A stretch of 57,772 nucleotides of DNA, from assembly GCA_964555775.1 (NCBI GenBank), contig CAZKTW010000001.1, forward strand, positions 1 to 57,772, written 5' to 3'. Below are positions 17,915 through 26,687 of the stretch, piece after piece; positions within the stretch are counted from its first letter, which is position 1, and each line of letters starts with the position of its first letter. The notes under the pieces were generated by a model that ran no database searches, was not told where the DNA came from, and worked only from the letters and a program-made list of their open reading frames with translations. The stretch comes from an uncultured Bifidobacteriaceae bacterium. Lineage in GTDB: Bacteria > Verrucomicrobiota > Verrucomicrobiia > Limisphaerales > UBA11358. A program made the position numbers and the translations under genes.

Positions 17915-18754
17915 TCATTTTCCTTTCCCCAGAAAGTCCAACAACGCGCGGTTGAGCTGGTCGGCGTGGGTCCAGTTCAGACCGTGCGGCGCGCCTTCGA
18001 GCACCACCAGTTGGCTGTCTTTTACCAATTCATGCACGCGACTGGCCGAGGCGGCGAGCGGCACAATCCGGTCCGCATCGCCGTGCACCACCAGCGTGGG
18101 CACGGTGAAGGTGGCGAGGTCCTTCCGGAAATCCGTCAGCCATGCCGACACGCAATCCAACGAGCCTTTGGGTGAGGCCCCTGAAGCGATGTTCCAACTG
18201 GCATGCACGGCCTGGTCGCTGATGAGTTTGCCGCCCAAAACGTCCACGTTATAAAACAAGGCAAGGAACTTGGCCAGGAACCCGGGGCGGTCGGCGACGA
18301 TTGCCTGTTTGATGCCTTCGAAGACCTCGGCGTCCACGCCGAGCCGGTTGTCGGGCGTCTTCAACAGGAATGGCGGGATGGCGGCGATGAACACCGCCTT
18401 TTTCACGCGGTCCGAACCGTATTTGCCCAGGTAACGGGCCACTTCGCCGCCGCCCATCGAAAAGCCGGCCAGCGTGACATCATGCAGATCGAGTTTGGTG
18501 ATGAGCTGGTGCAGGTCCGCGGCGAACGTGTCGTAGTCGTAACCGAACGTTGGCTTGTCGGACATGCCAAATCCCCGGCGATCATAGGTAATGACCCGAT
18601 GACCGGCCGCGACCAGGGCGGTGGTCTGTTTCTCCCACGATTGGCCGCTCAACGGCCAGCCGTGGATGAGCACGACCGGTTTGCCGGCGCCGTGGTCTTC
18701 GTAGTAGAGATTGATATCGCCGGAGTTTTCTTTGCCGACAGTGAGGTAAGGCAT
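17915..18754 (-). CDS. Alpha/beta hydrolase, non-heme chloroperoxidase / arylesterase family
   Basis: MPYLTVGKENSGDINLYYEDHGAGKPVVLIHGWPLSGQSWEKQ, a GFSMGG nucleophile elbow, and a C-terminal HG...H. I take the start at ATG 18754. Confidence 0.88.
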   Translation of the reverse strand: MPYLTVGKENSGDINLYYEDHGAGKPVVLIHGWPLSGQSWEKQTTALVAAGHRVITYDRRGFGMSDKPTFGYDYDTFAADLHQLITKLDLHDVTLAGFSMGGGEVARYLGKYGSDRVKKAVFIAAIPPFLLKTPDNRLGVDAEVFEGIKQAIVADRPGFLAKFLALFYNVDVLGGKLISDQAVHASWNIASGASPKGSLDCVSAWLTDFRKDLATFTVPTLVVHGDADRIVPLAASASRVHELVKDSQLVVLEGAPHGLNWTHADQLNRALLDFLGKGK

Positions 18755-18887
18755 GGTGACGCTCCTTTCAGGTTCATGGTTGGTGAATCCTCTCTTCCGC
18801 AGGGCATTTTCCACCGGTTGCTAATTTGTTCAACCTTTTTCCGTCGCGCTTCGGATTGATTTCAGCTCGGAGAGCTTGTCTGAACAT

Positions 18888-18985
18888 GTAGCGGCGGGCC
18901 TCCCGGCCTGCCTTAGAGGGAGGCATCCTGCCGCCCGGAAGAATCGCCGCCATGACGCCGCTGCCCGGGATTTCAATGGCGTTAA
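18888..18985. repeat. Dispersed repeat of about 97 bp, copy 1 (gtagcggcgggcctcccggcctgcc...ggcatcctgccgcccggaagaat...)
   Basis: About 88-90% identical to 20108-20204 and in the same orientation. Confidence 0.85.
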
Positions 18986-18998
18986 TGATTGCGAACGG

Positions 18999-20030
18999 TT
19001 AACCCGTCCATTGCGGATTGCGCGTGGTGGCGTCAAACCCGGTGGAGGTTTTGAACTGTTCGTAGCTGCCCGAGGCCGCGGCGTCGGCGGTCCGGGCGAG
19101 CAGGGCCGAAACCTGCTCCTGGCTCATCGGCTTGAACGTGCGCGCTGCTTCGACCGCCTGGTCGAGAATTTCCAGGCTGTCCATGCCGGTGATCACCGTC
19201 GAGGTCGGCAGGTTCAAGGCGTAGTGCAGGCAATCGATGGCGCTGACCGTTTTGCTGCGCAGGATTGCCCCAAAGCCCAGGGACTTCATGCCCAGTACGC
19301 CGATGCCTTCCTTGACTAGGCCGGGCACGACCTGGTGTTCGAAACTGCGGAAATGTGCGTCCATGACGTTCAACGGCATTTGCACGGCGTCGAAGCGGAA
19401 TTTGTGTTCGGCCGCCACTTCAAGCATGCGCAGGTGGATGGCCGGATCCTTGTGGCCGGTGAAACCGATGAAGCGGACCTTGCCGGCCTGCTTTGCCTCC
19501 AACACCGCTTCCAGCGCGCCCCCGGATGCAAAAATGGGATCGGGGTCCGTCCGGCGGACAATTTCATGAAACTGCAACAGGTCCACCCGGTCCGTTTGCA
19601 GCCGTTTGAGCGACTCATCAATTTGCCTGGCGGCCAGCGCCTTGGTGCGGCCGTCAATCTTCGTCATCAGGAAAACCTTCTCGCGGTATCCGTCACGCAG
19701 GGCCTTGCCCATGCGCACTTCGCTCCCGCCGTCATTGTAATCCCAGCAATTATCCATGAAGGTTATCCCGCGATCAATGGCGCTGCGGATGATGCGCAGG
19801 CTTAATTCTTCATCTCGTTGCGTGCCGATGTGATAGCCGCCCAGGCCGATGGCGGAAACCTTCTCGCCGGTGCGGCCCAGCGGGCGGAGGGGCAACTCAT
19901 TTTTCGTTTCTGCCCCCCAAAGTTCCGGCCCGACGGCCAACGTTGCGCCGGCCGCCACCGCCATTCTTACGAATTCCCGGCGGTTGACATTCTGGTTCAC
20001 GGTTTGGGAGAGCTCACCCGGTCTTTTCAT
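18999..20030 (-). CDS. Aldo/keto reductase with twin-arginine signal peptide
   Basis: N-terminus NRREFVRMAVAAGATLAVG, then AKR motifs (GITFMDNCWDYNDG, GFTGH). 343 aa. Confidence 0.88.
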   Translation of the reverse strand: MKRPGELSQTVNQNVNRREFVRMAVAAGATLAVGPELWGAETKNELPLRPLGRTGEKVSAIGLGGYHIGTQRDEELSLRIIRSAIDRGITFMDNCWDYNDGGSEVRMGKALRDGYREKVFLMTKIDGRTKALAARQIDESLKRLQTDRVDLLQFHEIVRRTDPDPIFASGGALEAVLEAKQAGKVRFIGFTGHKDPAIHLRMLEVAAEHKFRFDAVQMPLNVMDAHFRSFEHQVVPGLVKEGIGVLGMKSLGFGAILRSKTVSAIDCLHYALNLPTSTVITGMDSLEILDQAVEAARTFKPMSQEQVSALLARTADAAASGSYEQFKTSTGFDATTRNPQWTG

Positions 20031-20107
20031 GCAGCATATCTATTTCCATCTCCCGGTTTCCGCAACTCGAAAAGGACGTGCTGAGGTTTGAGAGCTGGTT
20101 TGAAAAA

Positions 20108-20204
20108 GTAGCGGCGGGCCTCCCGGCCTGCCGTAAAGGGCGGCATCCTGCCGCCCGGAAGAATAGCCGCCATGACGCGCTGCTTGGGATTTTAAAGGCG
20201 TTAA
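20108..20204. repeat. Dispersed repeat of about 97 bp, copy 2
   Basis: See 18888-18985. The two copies flank the aldo/keto reductase gene in direct orientation. Confidence 0.85.
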
Positions 20205-20247
20205 AGCTGGCGGATGGTTTTTTCCGCCGGCTGGAAGCCCGGCTCTA

Positions 20248-20268
20248 CGTCAGCCAGGATGGCTGACG
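20248..20268. repeat. Perfect 9-bp stem hairpin (cgtcagcca gga tggctgacg) inside another REP-like element
   Basis: Read directly. The flanking sequence ggaagcccggctctacgtcagcc...gctacatttt translates to EARLYVSQDG. Confidence 0.7.
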
Positions 20269-20394
20269 CTACATTTTCAGACGGGCTCTGAGACAAGTCG
20301 CACTCCGTCAAATTGGGGCATCGCCAAACCCAGTATGCTTTGAAAATGCCTTTAACCTCCCGGCAAAATAATGCCTCCAGTGCCGGCTGGCGGT

Positions 20395-21723
20395 CTAATT
20401 TTTGTTTTCCGGTTCCGGCGGCGGGTAGGTGATGATGCGGGAGCCGCGTTTGTAGCTGAAATAGGAATAAGTCCATTGCAGCAGCACGGCCAGCCGGTTG
20501 CGAAAGCCGATGAGGAAAATCAAGTGGATGAACAGCCACGACAGCCAGGCCAGGAAGCCGGAGAATTTCAACCGGCCGATCCACGCCACGGCGGCAGAGC
20601 GACCGATCGTCGCCATGGTTCCTTTGTTCCAATACTTGAACGGCGGTCGAGTCGCCGGATCGGTGCCGGAATTCAATTCGTTTTGGAGGCGACGTGACAC
20701 GTGCCGTCCCATTTGCATGGCCGCCGGGCAAATGCCGGGAACGGGCTGGCCGTCTTTTTCCATCACGAGCGCCAGGTCGCCGATGGCAAAGATTTCCGGA
20801 TGACCGGGTACGCTTAAATCGGGATTCACCTTCACGCGTCCGGCGCGGTCCAGTTCCACGCCGAGCTTTTTCGTCAGCGGGGTGGCGGAGACGCCCGCGG
20901 CCCAGATGATGTTTCCAGCCCGAAGAATTTCACCGTTGGCCAGTTCCACCTCGCCGGCGCGGATGTTTTTAACCGGGGTCGAGGTGCGGACCTGCACGCC
21001 GAGGGCTTCGAGCTGGCGCTGGGCGCTGGCGGACAGTTCCGGTGGATAATTCAACAGCACCCGCGGCGCGCCCTCGATCAAGATGATCCGGGCCTGTGTG
21101 GGATCAATCCGGCGAAAATCACGTTTCAGGACCGTCTGCGCCAGTTCGGCGAAGGCACCGGCCAGTTCCAAGCCGGTCGGGCCGCCACCCACGATGACAA
21201 TGGTCATGAGCCGGTCATGTTCGGCGGTGTTCGCTTCGTTCTCCGCCTGTTCAAACGCCAGAAGCACCCGGCTGCGGATGCGCAACGCGTCATCGAGTGT
21301 TTTCAGGCCGGGCGCAAACGGTTCCCATTCCGGGTGGCCGAAATAGCCGGTCTGGCCACCCATTGCCAGCACAAGGTAATCATAGTCCAGCGCGTTCTTT
21401 TCGAAGAACACCTTTTTCTGGGCGAGGTCAAAGCCGATGGCGCAGTCGAGCAGCACGGTGATGTCGGGCCGGTCGGACAGGATGGAGCGGATGGGCTGCG
21501 CGATTTCCGGGGCGGACAATCCGGCGGTGGCGACCTGATACAGCAAGGGCTGAAACAAATGGTGGTTGGTGCGGTCCACCACGGTCACTTGCGCGTCGGG
21601 ATGATGAAAATGTTTGCAGAACGTCAGGCCGCCAAAGCCCGCGCCGAGCACCACCACCTGAAACTTTTTGCCTCCCGCCACGCTGATAATTTGACCAAAC
21701 CGGTGAAAAAAGCAATCCGGCAC
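20395..21723 (-). CDS. ndh: Type II NADH dehydrogenase (NDH-2) family FAD-dependent oxidoreductase
   Basis: Two Rossmann motifs (VVVLGAGFGGL and IVGGGPTGLELAG), the AIGD motif and a hydrophobic C-terminal anchor. Confidence 0.85.
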   Translation of the reverse strand: MPDCFFHRFGQIISVAGGKKFQVVVLGAGFGGLTFCKHFHHPDAQVTVVDRTNHHLFQPLLYQVATAGLSAPEIAQPIRSILSDRPDITVLLDCAIGFDLAQKKVFFEKNALDYDYLVLAMGGQTGYFGHPEWEPFAPGLKTLDDALRIRSRVLLAFEQAENEANTAEHDRLMTIVIVGGGPTGLELAGAFAELAQTVLKRDFRRIDPTQARIILIEGAPRVLLNYPPELSASAQRQLEALGVQVRTSTPVKNIRAGEVELANGEILRAGNIIWAAGVSATPLTKKLGVELDRAGRVKVNPDLSVPGHPEIFAIGDLALVMEKDGQPVPGICPAAMQMGRHVSRRLQNELNSGTDPATRPPFKYWNKGTMATIGRSAAVAWIGRLKFSGFLAWLSWLFIHLIFLIGFRNRLAVLLQWTYSYFSYKRGSRIITYPPPEPENKN

Positions 21724-21826
21724 ATGCGGTTAAAGGATCCTGCATCCGGCGGGCTACCAGCCCCATTTTTTTATCGTCGGACCGGATGCCAGTTGTTATT
21801 TTGACCAGATTACTCGGTACTCAGAT

Positions 21827-22369
21827 ATGGATTGGAACACGGAAGAAAAGGCAGGCAAGGCCCGCGAGCTGTGTGAAAAGGGATTATGGCCCAAAGTACT
21901 GGCCTATGCCCAACAATGGCGCGAGGAAGACCCGTCCGATCATCGCGCCCTTTATTACATCGGCCTGGGGTTGAACGGCCTGGGACAATTTTCCCAGGCA
22001 GAAGCAGCCTATCGGCATGCGCTGACGATCAATCCCACCGACGTCAAGGTGTGGAACAACCTGGCGGGATTGCTCTACGAGAAATTACAACGCCCGGCTG
22101 AGGGGGTTCGTTGCCTGGAACGGGCCATGAAGATCAATCCCGACCATAAAATCGGCTGGGCAAACCTGGCCACCATGGTCGGCCGGATGGGGCGTCATCA
22201 TCAGGCGCTGGACTACGCCGACCGGGCCATTGCCCTGGATCCCAAACTGGTGGAGGCCTACCTGCACAAGGCCAACGCGGCGCGGGCGCTCGGGAAAATG
22301 GAAGTGGTGAGGGAGATTTGCCAGGCCCTGGCGGCCATCGAGCCGGAAAACTTCCGCCGTGCGCGCTGA
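21827..22369 (+). CDS. Tetratricopeptide repeat protein
   Basis: Repeated A..Y..AL.INP...W.NLG pattern. 180 aa. Confidence 0.8.
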   Translation: MDWNTEEKAGKARELCEKGLWPKVLAYAQQWREEDPSDHRALYYIGLGLNGLGQFSQAEAAYRHALTINPTDVKVWNNLAGLLYEKLQRPAEGVRCLERAMKINPDHKIGWANLATMVGRMGRHHQALDYADRAIALDPKLVEAYLHKANAARALGKMEVVREICQALAAIEPENFRRAR

Positions 22370-22414
22370 ACCCGGCGGCTTGTTTCATCGCCGGTCATCC
22401 GCTAACCTCAAGAC

Positions 22415-23506
22415 GTGATTTATGACGCGTCATTGGACGAGTTGCTGCAAAAGGTCTGGGATGGCAAGCGCATCAGCCAGGCCGAGGCGCTGCGGCTTTA
22501 TCATCTGCCGCTGGAAGAACTCGGCGCCCTCGCCGACCATCGCCGGCAACTGGCCAAGGCAAAGGATTTCGGCGGGCGCGGCAACGACATCGTCACCTAC
22601 ATCGTTGACCGCAACGTCAATTACACCAACATCTGCAACGTCTATTGCAAATTCTGCGCGTTTTACCGGGTGGAAAAAGATGACGATGCCTATGTCATCA
22701 CCCTCGACGAGATGGACAAAAAAATCGAGGAGACGGTGGCGCTGGGCGGCACGCAGATTTTGATGCAGGGCGGGCATCACCCGAAGCTGACCAAGCAGTG
22801 GTATCTGGATCTGCTCTCGCACATCAAAGCGAAATGGCCGCAGGTGAACGTTCACGGCTTCAGCCCCAGCGAATTCATCCATTTCCGCGAGGTATTCAAC
22901 GAGCCGCTGGACAAAATCATCGGCGATTTTGTGAAGGCCGGCCTGGGTTCGATTCCCGGCGGCGGCGGGGAGATTCTCGTGGACCGGGTGCGCCAGCGCA
23001 TCTCGCCGCTCAAGGCGATGAGCAGCGACTGGCTCGAAGTCATGGACGTGGCCCACCGGCTCGGGTTGAACTCGAGCGCGACGATGATGTTCGGCCACGT
23101 CGAGACGATTGAAGACCGCATCGAACATCTGGAGCGGTTGCGCGCGCAGCAGGACAAATCAAAGGGCTTCACCGCGTTCATCTGCTGGACGTTCCAGGCG
23201 GAGCACACGAACCTGAAAGCGCCCACCGTCGGTGCGCACGAGTATTTGCGAACGCAGGCGTTGGGCCGGATTTACCTGGATAATTTCACGAACGTGCAAA
23301 GTTCCTGGGTCACGCAAGGCCAGGAAATCGGCCAGGTTGCATTGAAATATGGCGCGAACGACCTGGGCAGCATCATGATCGAGGAAAATGTCGTCAGCCA
23401 GGCCGGCACCACCTTCCGCATGACCGTCGCCGATATGCAACGTCTGATCAAGGATCTCGGTTACGAACCACATCAGCGCGACAACTGGTACCAGTTGGTG
23501 AATTAG
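22415..23506 (+). CDS. Radical SAM menaquinone-biosynthesis enzyme of the futalosine pathway (MqnC/MqnE family)
   Basis: GTG start. NYTNICNVYCKFCAFYR (a CxxxCxxC cluster), plus GGTQILMQGGHHP and GANDLGS motifs. I cannot distinguish MqnC from MqnE by eye. Confidence 0.82.
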   Translation: MIYDASLDELLQKVWDGKRISQAEALRLYHLPLEELGALADHRRQLAKAKDFGGRGNDIVTYIVDRNVNYTNICNVYCKFCAFYRVEKDDDAYVITLDEMDKKIEETVALGGTQILMQGGHHPKLTKQWYLDLLSHIKAKWPQVNVHGFSPSEFIHFREVFNEPLDKIIGDFVKAGLGSIPGGGGEILVDRVRQRISPLKAMSSDWLEVMDVAHRLGLNSSATMMFGHVETIEDRIEHLERLRAQQDKSKGFTAFICWTFQAEHTNLKAPTVGAHEYLRTQALGRIYLDNFTNVQSSWVTQGQEIGQVALKYGANDLGSIMIEENVVSQAGTTFRMTVADMQRLIKDLGYEPHQRDNWYQLVN

Positions 23507-23887
23507 CTTGGTGTTCACGCTTTATCCGCAACCATTCGATATACGTCCAATTCCAAACTGCCCTGTTTGCGGGAAGTTGTGGAATCTCAAGACCCAGACC
23601 AGCCCGATCTGCCGGATTCCAATTCGCCAACCACGAAGGGAGTTCCTTCTGGGCCGGCTAAATAAAACCTTTCCAAAAACAATCTTGCTCGTATCACCCG
23701 GGAAGGCGAGATTCATTGGTGAATTCGTTTGCCTGACACAGGCATTTTCCTATCCGTTTTCATCTGAGTCCTCCGTAGTTAATAGATTTTTCTACAGTCT
23801 TGATACGGCCTGGTTTTTTTGCAGGAGCATTTTTTACGGGACGCCGTCCAATGAATCAGTTATGCCATATCACCAACTAAAACCGTT

Positions 23888-25330
23888 ATGAAAACACTCG
23901 TTTCCATTCTTTTCCTCGGCGCGGCGATCACGCTGGCCGTCTCCGCCCAACCGGCCCTTACCATCTATAACCAGGACTTCGCCGTCGTGCGTGACACGGT
24001 CCCGCTCGATCTCCAGTCCGGCGTCAACAACGTGCGCTATGCCGAAGCCACGGCGCGCGTCGAGCCGGACTCGGTGATTTTGCGCGATCCGGCCGGCAAA
24101 CATTCACTCCAGATCTGGGAGCAAAATTATCGCAACGACCCGGTCACCCAGGAATTGCTTTTGTCGTTGTTCGAGGGCAGGACGCTGGATTTTGAAACCA
24201 TCCGGTTGAAGGACAATACCCAGGCGCGAGAATTGATTTCCGGCAAAGTCGTCCGCAGTGGCTATGTGCCGGGTGGTGGTTCAGAGCAGCCCATCATTGA
24301 GGTAAACGGCAAACTGCAATTCACCCTGCCCGGGACCCCGCTGTTTCCCGATTTGGGCGATGACACCGTGCTCAAGCCGACCCTGAACTGGCTCCTGCAA
24401 TCGGACAAACCGGGCAAGTTTGACGCCGAGGTCAGCTACATCACCGGCGGGTTCACCTGGGAGGCGGATTACAATCTGGTCTCGCCGGAAAAGGGTGACA
24501 CGGTGGATTTGATTGGCTGGGTGACGATGAACAACCAGAGTGGCAAGGCCTTCCGCGACGCCAAAATCAAATTGATGGCCGGCGACGTGAACAAAATCCA
24601 ACCGGCCATGCCCAGGGGAGTCGCTTTCGGCGGAATGAGAAAATTGGCCATGATGGACGAAGCCGCCCCGGCCGTAACCGAAAAAGCCTTCGATGAATTT
24701 CATCTCTACACCCTGGCCCGGCCCACGACGTTGCTCGACCGCGAGACCAAGCAGGTCGAATTCGTCCGGGCCACGGAGGTGAAAGCCCCGGTGATTTACG
24801 TTTACGACGGCGCGTCAGACTACCGGTTTTACGGCGGGCTGAATTACAGCCAGGACTACGGCCGAGACGGCAACAAGAAAATCCGGGTGATGCGCGAGTT
24901 CGTGAACGCGGAAACCAACCATCTCGGCATCGCGCTGCCCAAGGGCAAGCTGCGGTTTTACCGCCGGGATGCCGACGGCCAGATGGAATTCGTGGGCGAG
25001 GACATGATTGATCACACGCCCCACAACGAGACCATCCGCGTGACCACCGGCAATTCCTTTGACCTAGTGGGGGAACGCAAGCAGGCGAATTTCAAAGTGG
25101 ACACCAGCGACAAATGGCTGGACGAATCGTTCGAGATCAAACTCCGCAACCGCAAAAAGGAGCCGGTGGAAATTCGCGTGGTGGAACACCTTTACCGCTG
25201 GAACAACTGGGACATCACGGCCAAGTCTGACGATTTCAAGAAGACCGACGCCCAGACCATCGAGTTCCGCGTGCCGGTCAAGCCCGACGAGGAACGCACG
25301 GTGACTTACACGGTGCATTATTCGTGGTGA
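23888..25330 (+). CDS. DUF4139-type secreted protein
   Basis: Signal peptide, then LTIYNQDFAVVRDTVPLDL...VEPDSVIL and a beta-rich body resembling DUF4140/DUF4139 proteins. Confidence 0.55.
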   Translation: MKTLVSILFLGAAITLAVSAQPALTIYNQDFAVVRDTVPLDLQSGVNNVRYAEATARVEPDSVILRDPAGKHSLQIWEQNYRNDPVTQELLLSLFEGRTLDFETIRLKDNTQARELISGKVVRSGYVPGGGSEQPIIEVNGKLQFTLPGTPLFPDLGDDTVLKPTLNWLLQSDKPGKFDAEVSYITGGFTWEADYNLVSPEKGDTVDLIGWVTMNNQSGKAFRDAKIKLMAGDVNKIQPAMPRGVAFGGMRKLAMMDEAAPAVTEKAFDEFHLYTLARPTTLLDRETKQVEFVRATEVKAPVIYVYDGASDYRFYGGLNYSQDYGRDGNKKIRVMREFVNAETNHLGIALPKGKLRFYRRDADGQMEFVGEDMIDHTPHNETIRVTTGNSFDLVGERKQANFKVDTSDKWLDESFEIKLRNRKKEPVEIRVVEHLYRWNNWDITAKSDDFKKTDAQTIEFRVPVKPDEERTVTYTVHYSW

Positions 25331-25392
25331 AATGAGCCTCGACGCGGCAGGCAAAGTTTGCGATGTAATGGCAGACTTTTACGGAAATTATA

Positions 25393-26124
25393 ATGCCTGA
25401 AACGCCCGAACTCAGCTTCGTCATTCCCTGTTACAACGAGGAAGGCAACCTGCTCGCGCTCATCACGGCCGTCCGCGTGGCGGTGGAACCGCTCAAGCTG
25501 CCTTATGAAATCGTTTTTACCGACGATTGCAGCAAGGATCGCACGTGGGAAATCCTCAAGCAGCTCGCGGCGGGCGACCCGCGCATCCGCGCCCAGCGGT
25601 TCGCCTTCAATTGCGGACAGTCGGCGGCACTTTGGGCGGGCATGCAAGCGGCCCGCGGCCGGGCCATCGTCACCCTTGATGCCGATTTGCAGAACGATCC
25701 GAACGACCTGCCGAAATTGCTGTCGGCGCTCGAAAAATTCGATTGTGTCTGCGGCTCGCGCGTGGAGGCGCGCCGCCAGAGCGACAAATTCATCCGGGTG
25801 GCGTCGTCGCGAATCGCCAACTGGGTCCGCAACGTGTTGTCGAGCGAGAATATCAGTGATGCCGGCTGCTGTTACCGGGCGTTCAAACGCGAGTGCATCG
25901 CCAACCTGAAATTTTTCAAGGGGATGCACCGTTTCATGCCCACCTTGTTCAAGATCGAGGGCTTCACCGTCACCGAGATTCCCATTGCAGCCAAGCCCCG
26001 CCACGCGGGCCGGAGCAACTACGGCGTGTGGAACCGGGTGTTTGTTTCGTTTCATGATCTGCTCGCCGTGCGCTGGATGAAAAAGCGCATGTTCAAATAC
26101 AAGATCGAGGAGCGGGTCAATTAA
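25393..26124 (+). CDS. Family 2 glycosyltransferase (polyprenyl-phosphate sugar transferase type)
   Basis: SFVIPCYNEE...DDCSKD...TLDADLQNDP motifs (DxD). 243 aa. Confidence 0.88.
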   Translation: MPETPELSFVIPCYNEEGNLLALITAVRVAVEPLKLPYEIVFTDDCSKDRTWEILKQLAAGDPRIRAQRFAFNCGQSAALWAGMQAARGRAIVTLDADLQNDPNDLPKLLSALEKFDCVCGSRVEARRQSDKFIRVASSRIANWVRNVLSSENISDAGCCYRAFKRECIANLKFFKGMHRFMPTLFKIEGFTVTEIPIAAKPRHAGRSNYGVWNRVFVSFHDLLAVRWMKKRMFKYKIEERVN

Positions 26125-26150
26125 CCGCCCAGCATTTGCGGGTTCTGGCC

Positions 26151-26483
26151 ATGCAGCGATTCTTGATCCAATCCCTGAATTTCGCCTGGCTGGTCATGGT
26201 TTTTATCGGTCTGCCGGCGGCCACCCGGGCGCAGTGGGGAAGCTGGCAGATTTCCCCGGCCGTGCAATCGCAGGTGTTGATGCTCTGGGGCCTGGTGCTC
26301 GCGGTCGCCGGCAACCTGGCCGCCGCACTCGGGCTGCTCAAGGGCCGCAAGGAACGGAAGCTGTGCTGGGAATGGGCGGCTGTGTTTACGGGACTGTTGC
26401 TGGTTCAATACGCCTTCCACCGCGGTTGGTTCAATTTTGACTGGCTGAAAAAAGCCCTGCTCTGGCTGCAACAACATTTCTAA
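26151..26483 (+). CDS. Small hypothetical membrane protein
   Basis: I take the ATG at 26151 as the start; the track begins at a TTG at 26136. Three hydrophobic segments. Confidence 0.4.
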   Translation: MQRFLIQSLNFAWLVMVFIGLPAATRAQWGSWQISPAVQSQVLMLWGLVLAVAGNLAAALGLLKGRKERKLCWEWAAVFTGLLLVQYAFHRGWFNFDWLKKALLWLQQHF

Positions 26484-26542
26484 CCCGCTCCCGCGCCTGC
26501 CGGAAATAATCCTCCAAGAGACGGATAAGCCGACCCGCTAAT

Positions 26543-26551
26543 TGGTATAAT
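26543..26551 (+). promoter_or_regulatory. Possible extended -10 promoter element (tggtataat) upstream of the ACAD operon
   Basis: A TGnTATAAT match about 137 nt upstream of the ATG at 26688, with no good -35. Promoter rules for this phylum are not established. Confidence 0.25.
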
Positions 26552-26687
26552 TTCAACTTTAGAAACTCGCGTTTTTTGTTCTGGATGGACAAACGATTCT
26601 TATGTAAGCTTCGGCATCTGTTTGGGTTGCCCAAGTTTTGAAAATTTTCTGAAATCGCAAAAATCAGCCCTTACGGAAGGAAATGTT

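Noticed and set aside
23508-23891. 127-aa ORF filling the mqn/DUF4139 gap
   Set aside because: Its GTG start overlaps the upstream stop, its composition is odd, and it has no motif. I treat it as non-coding until shown otherwise.
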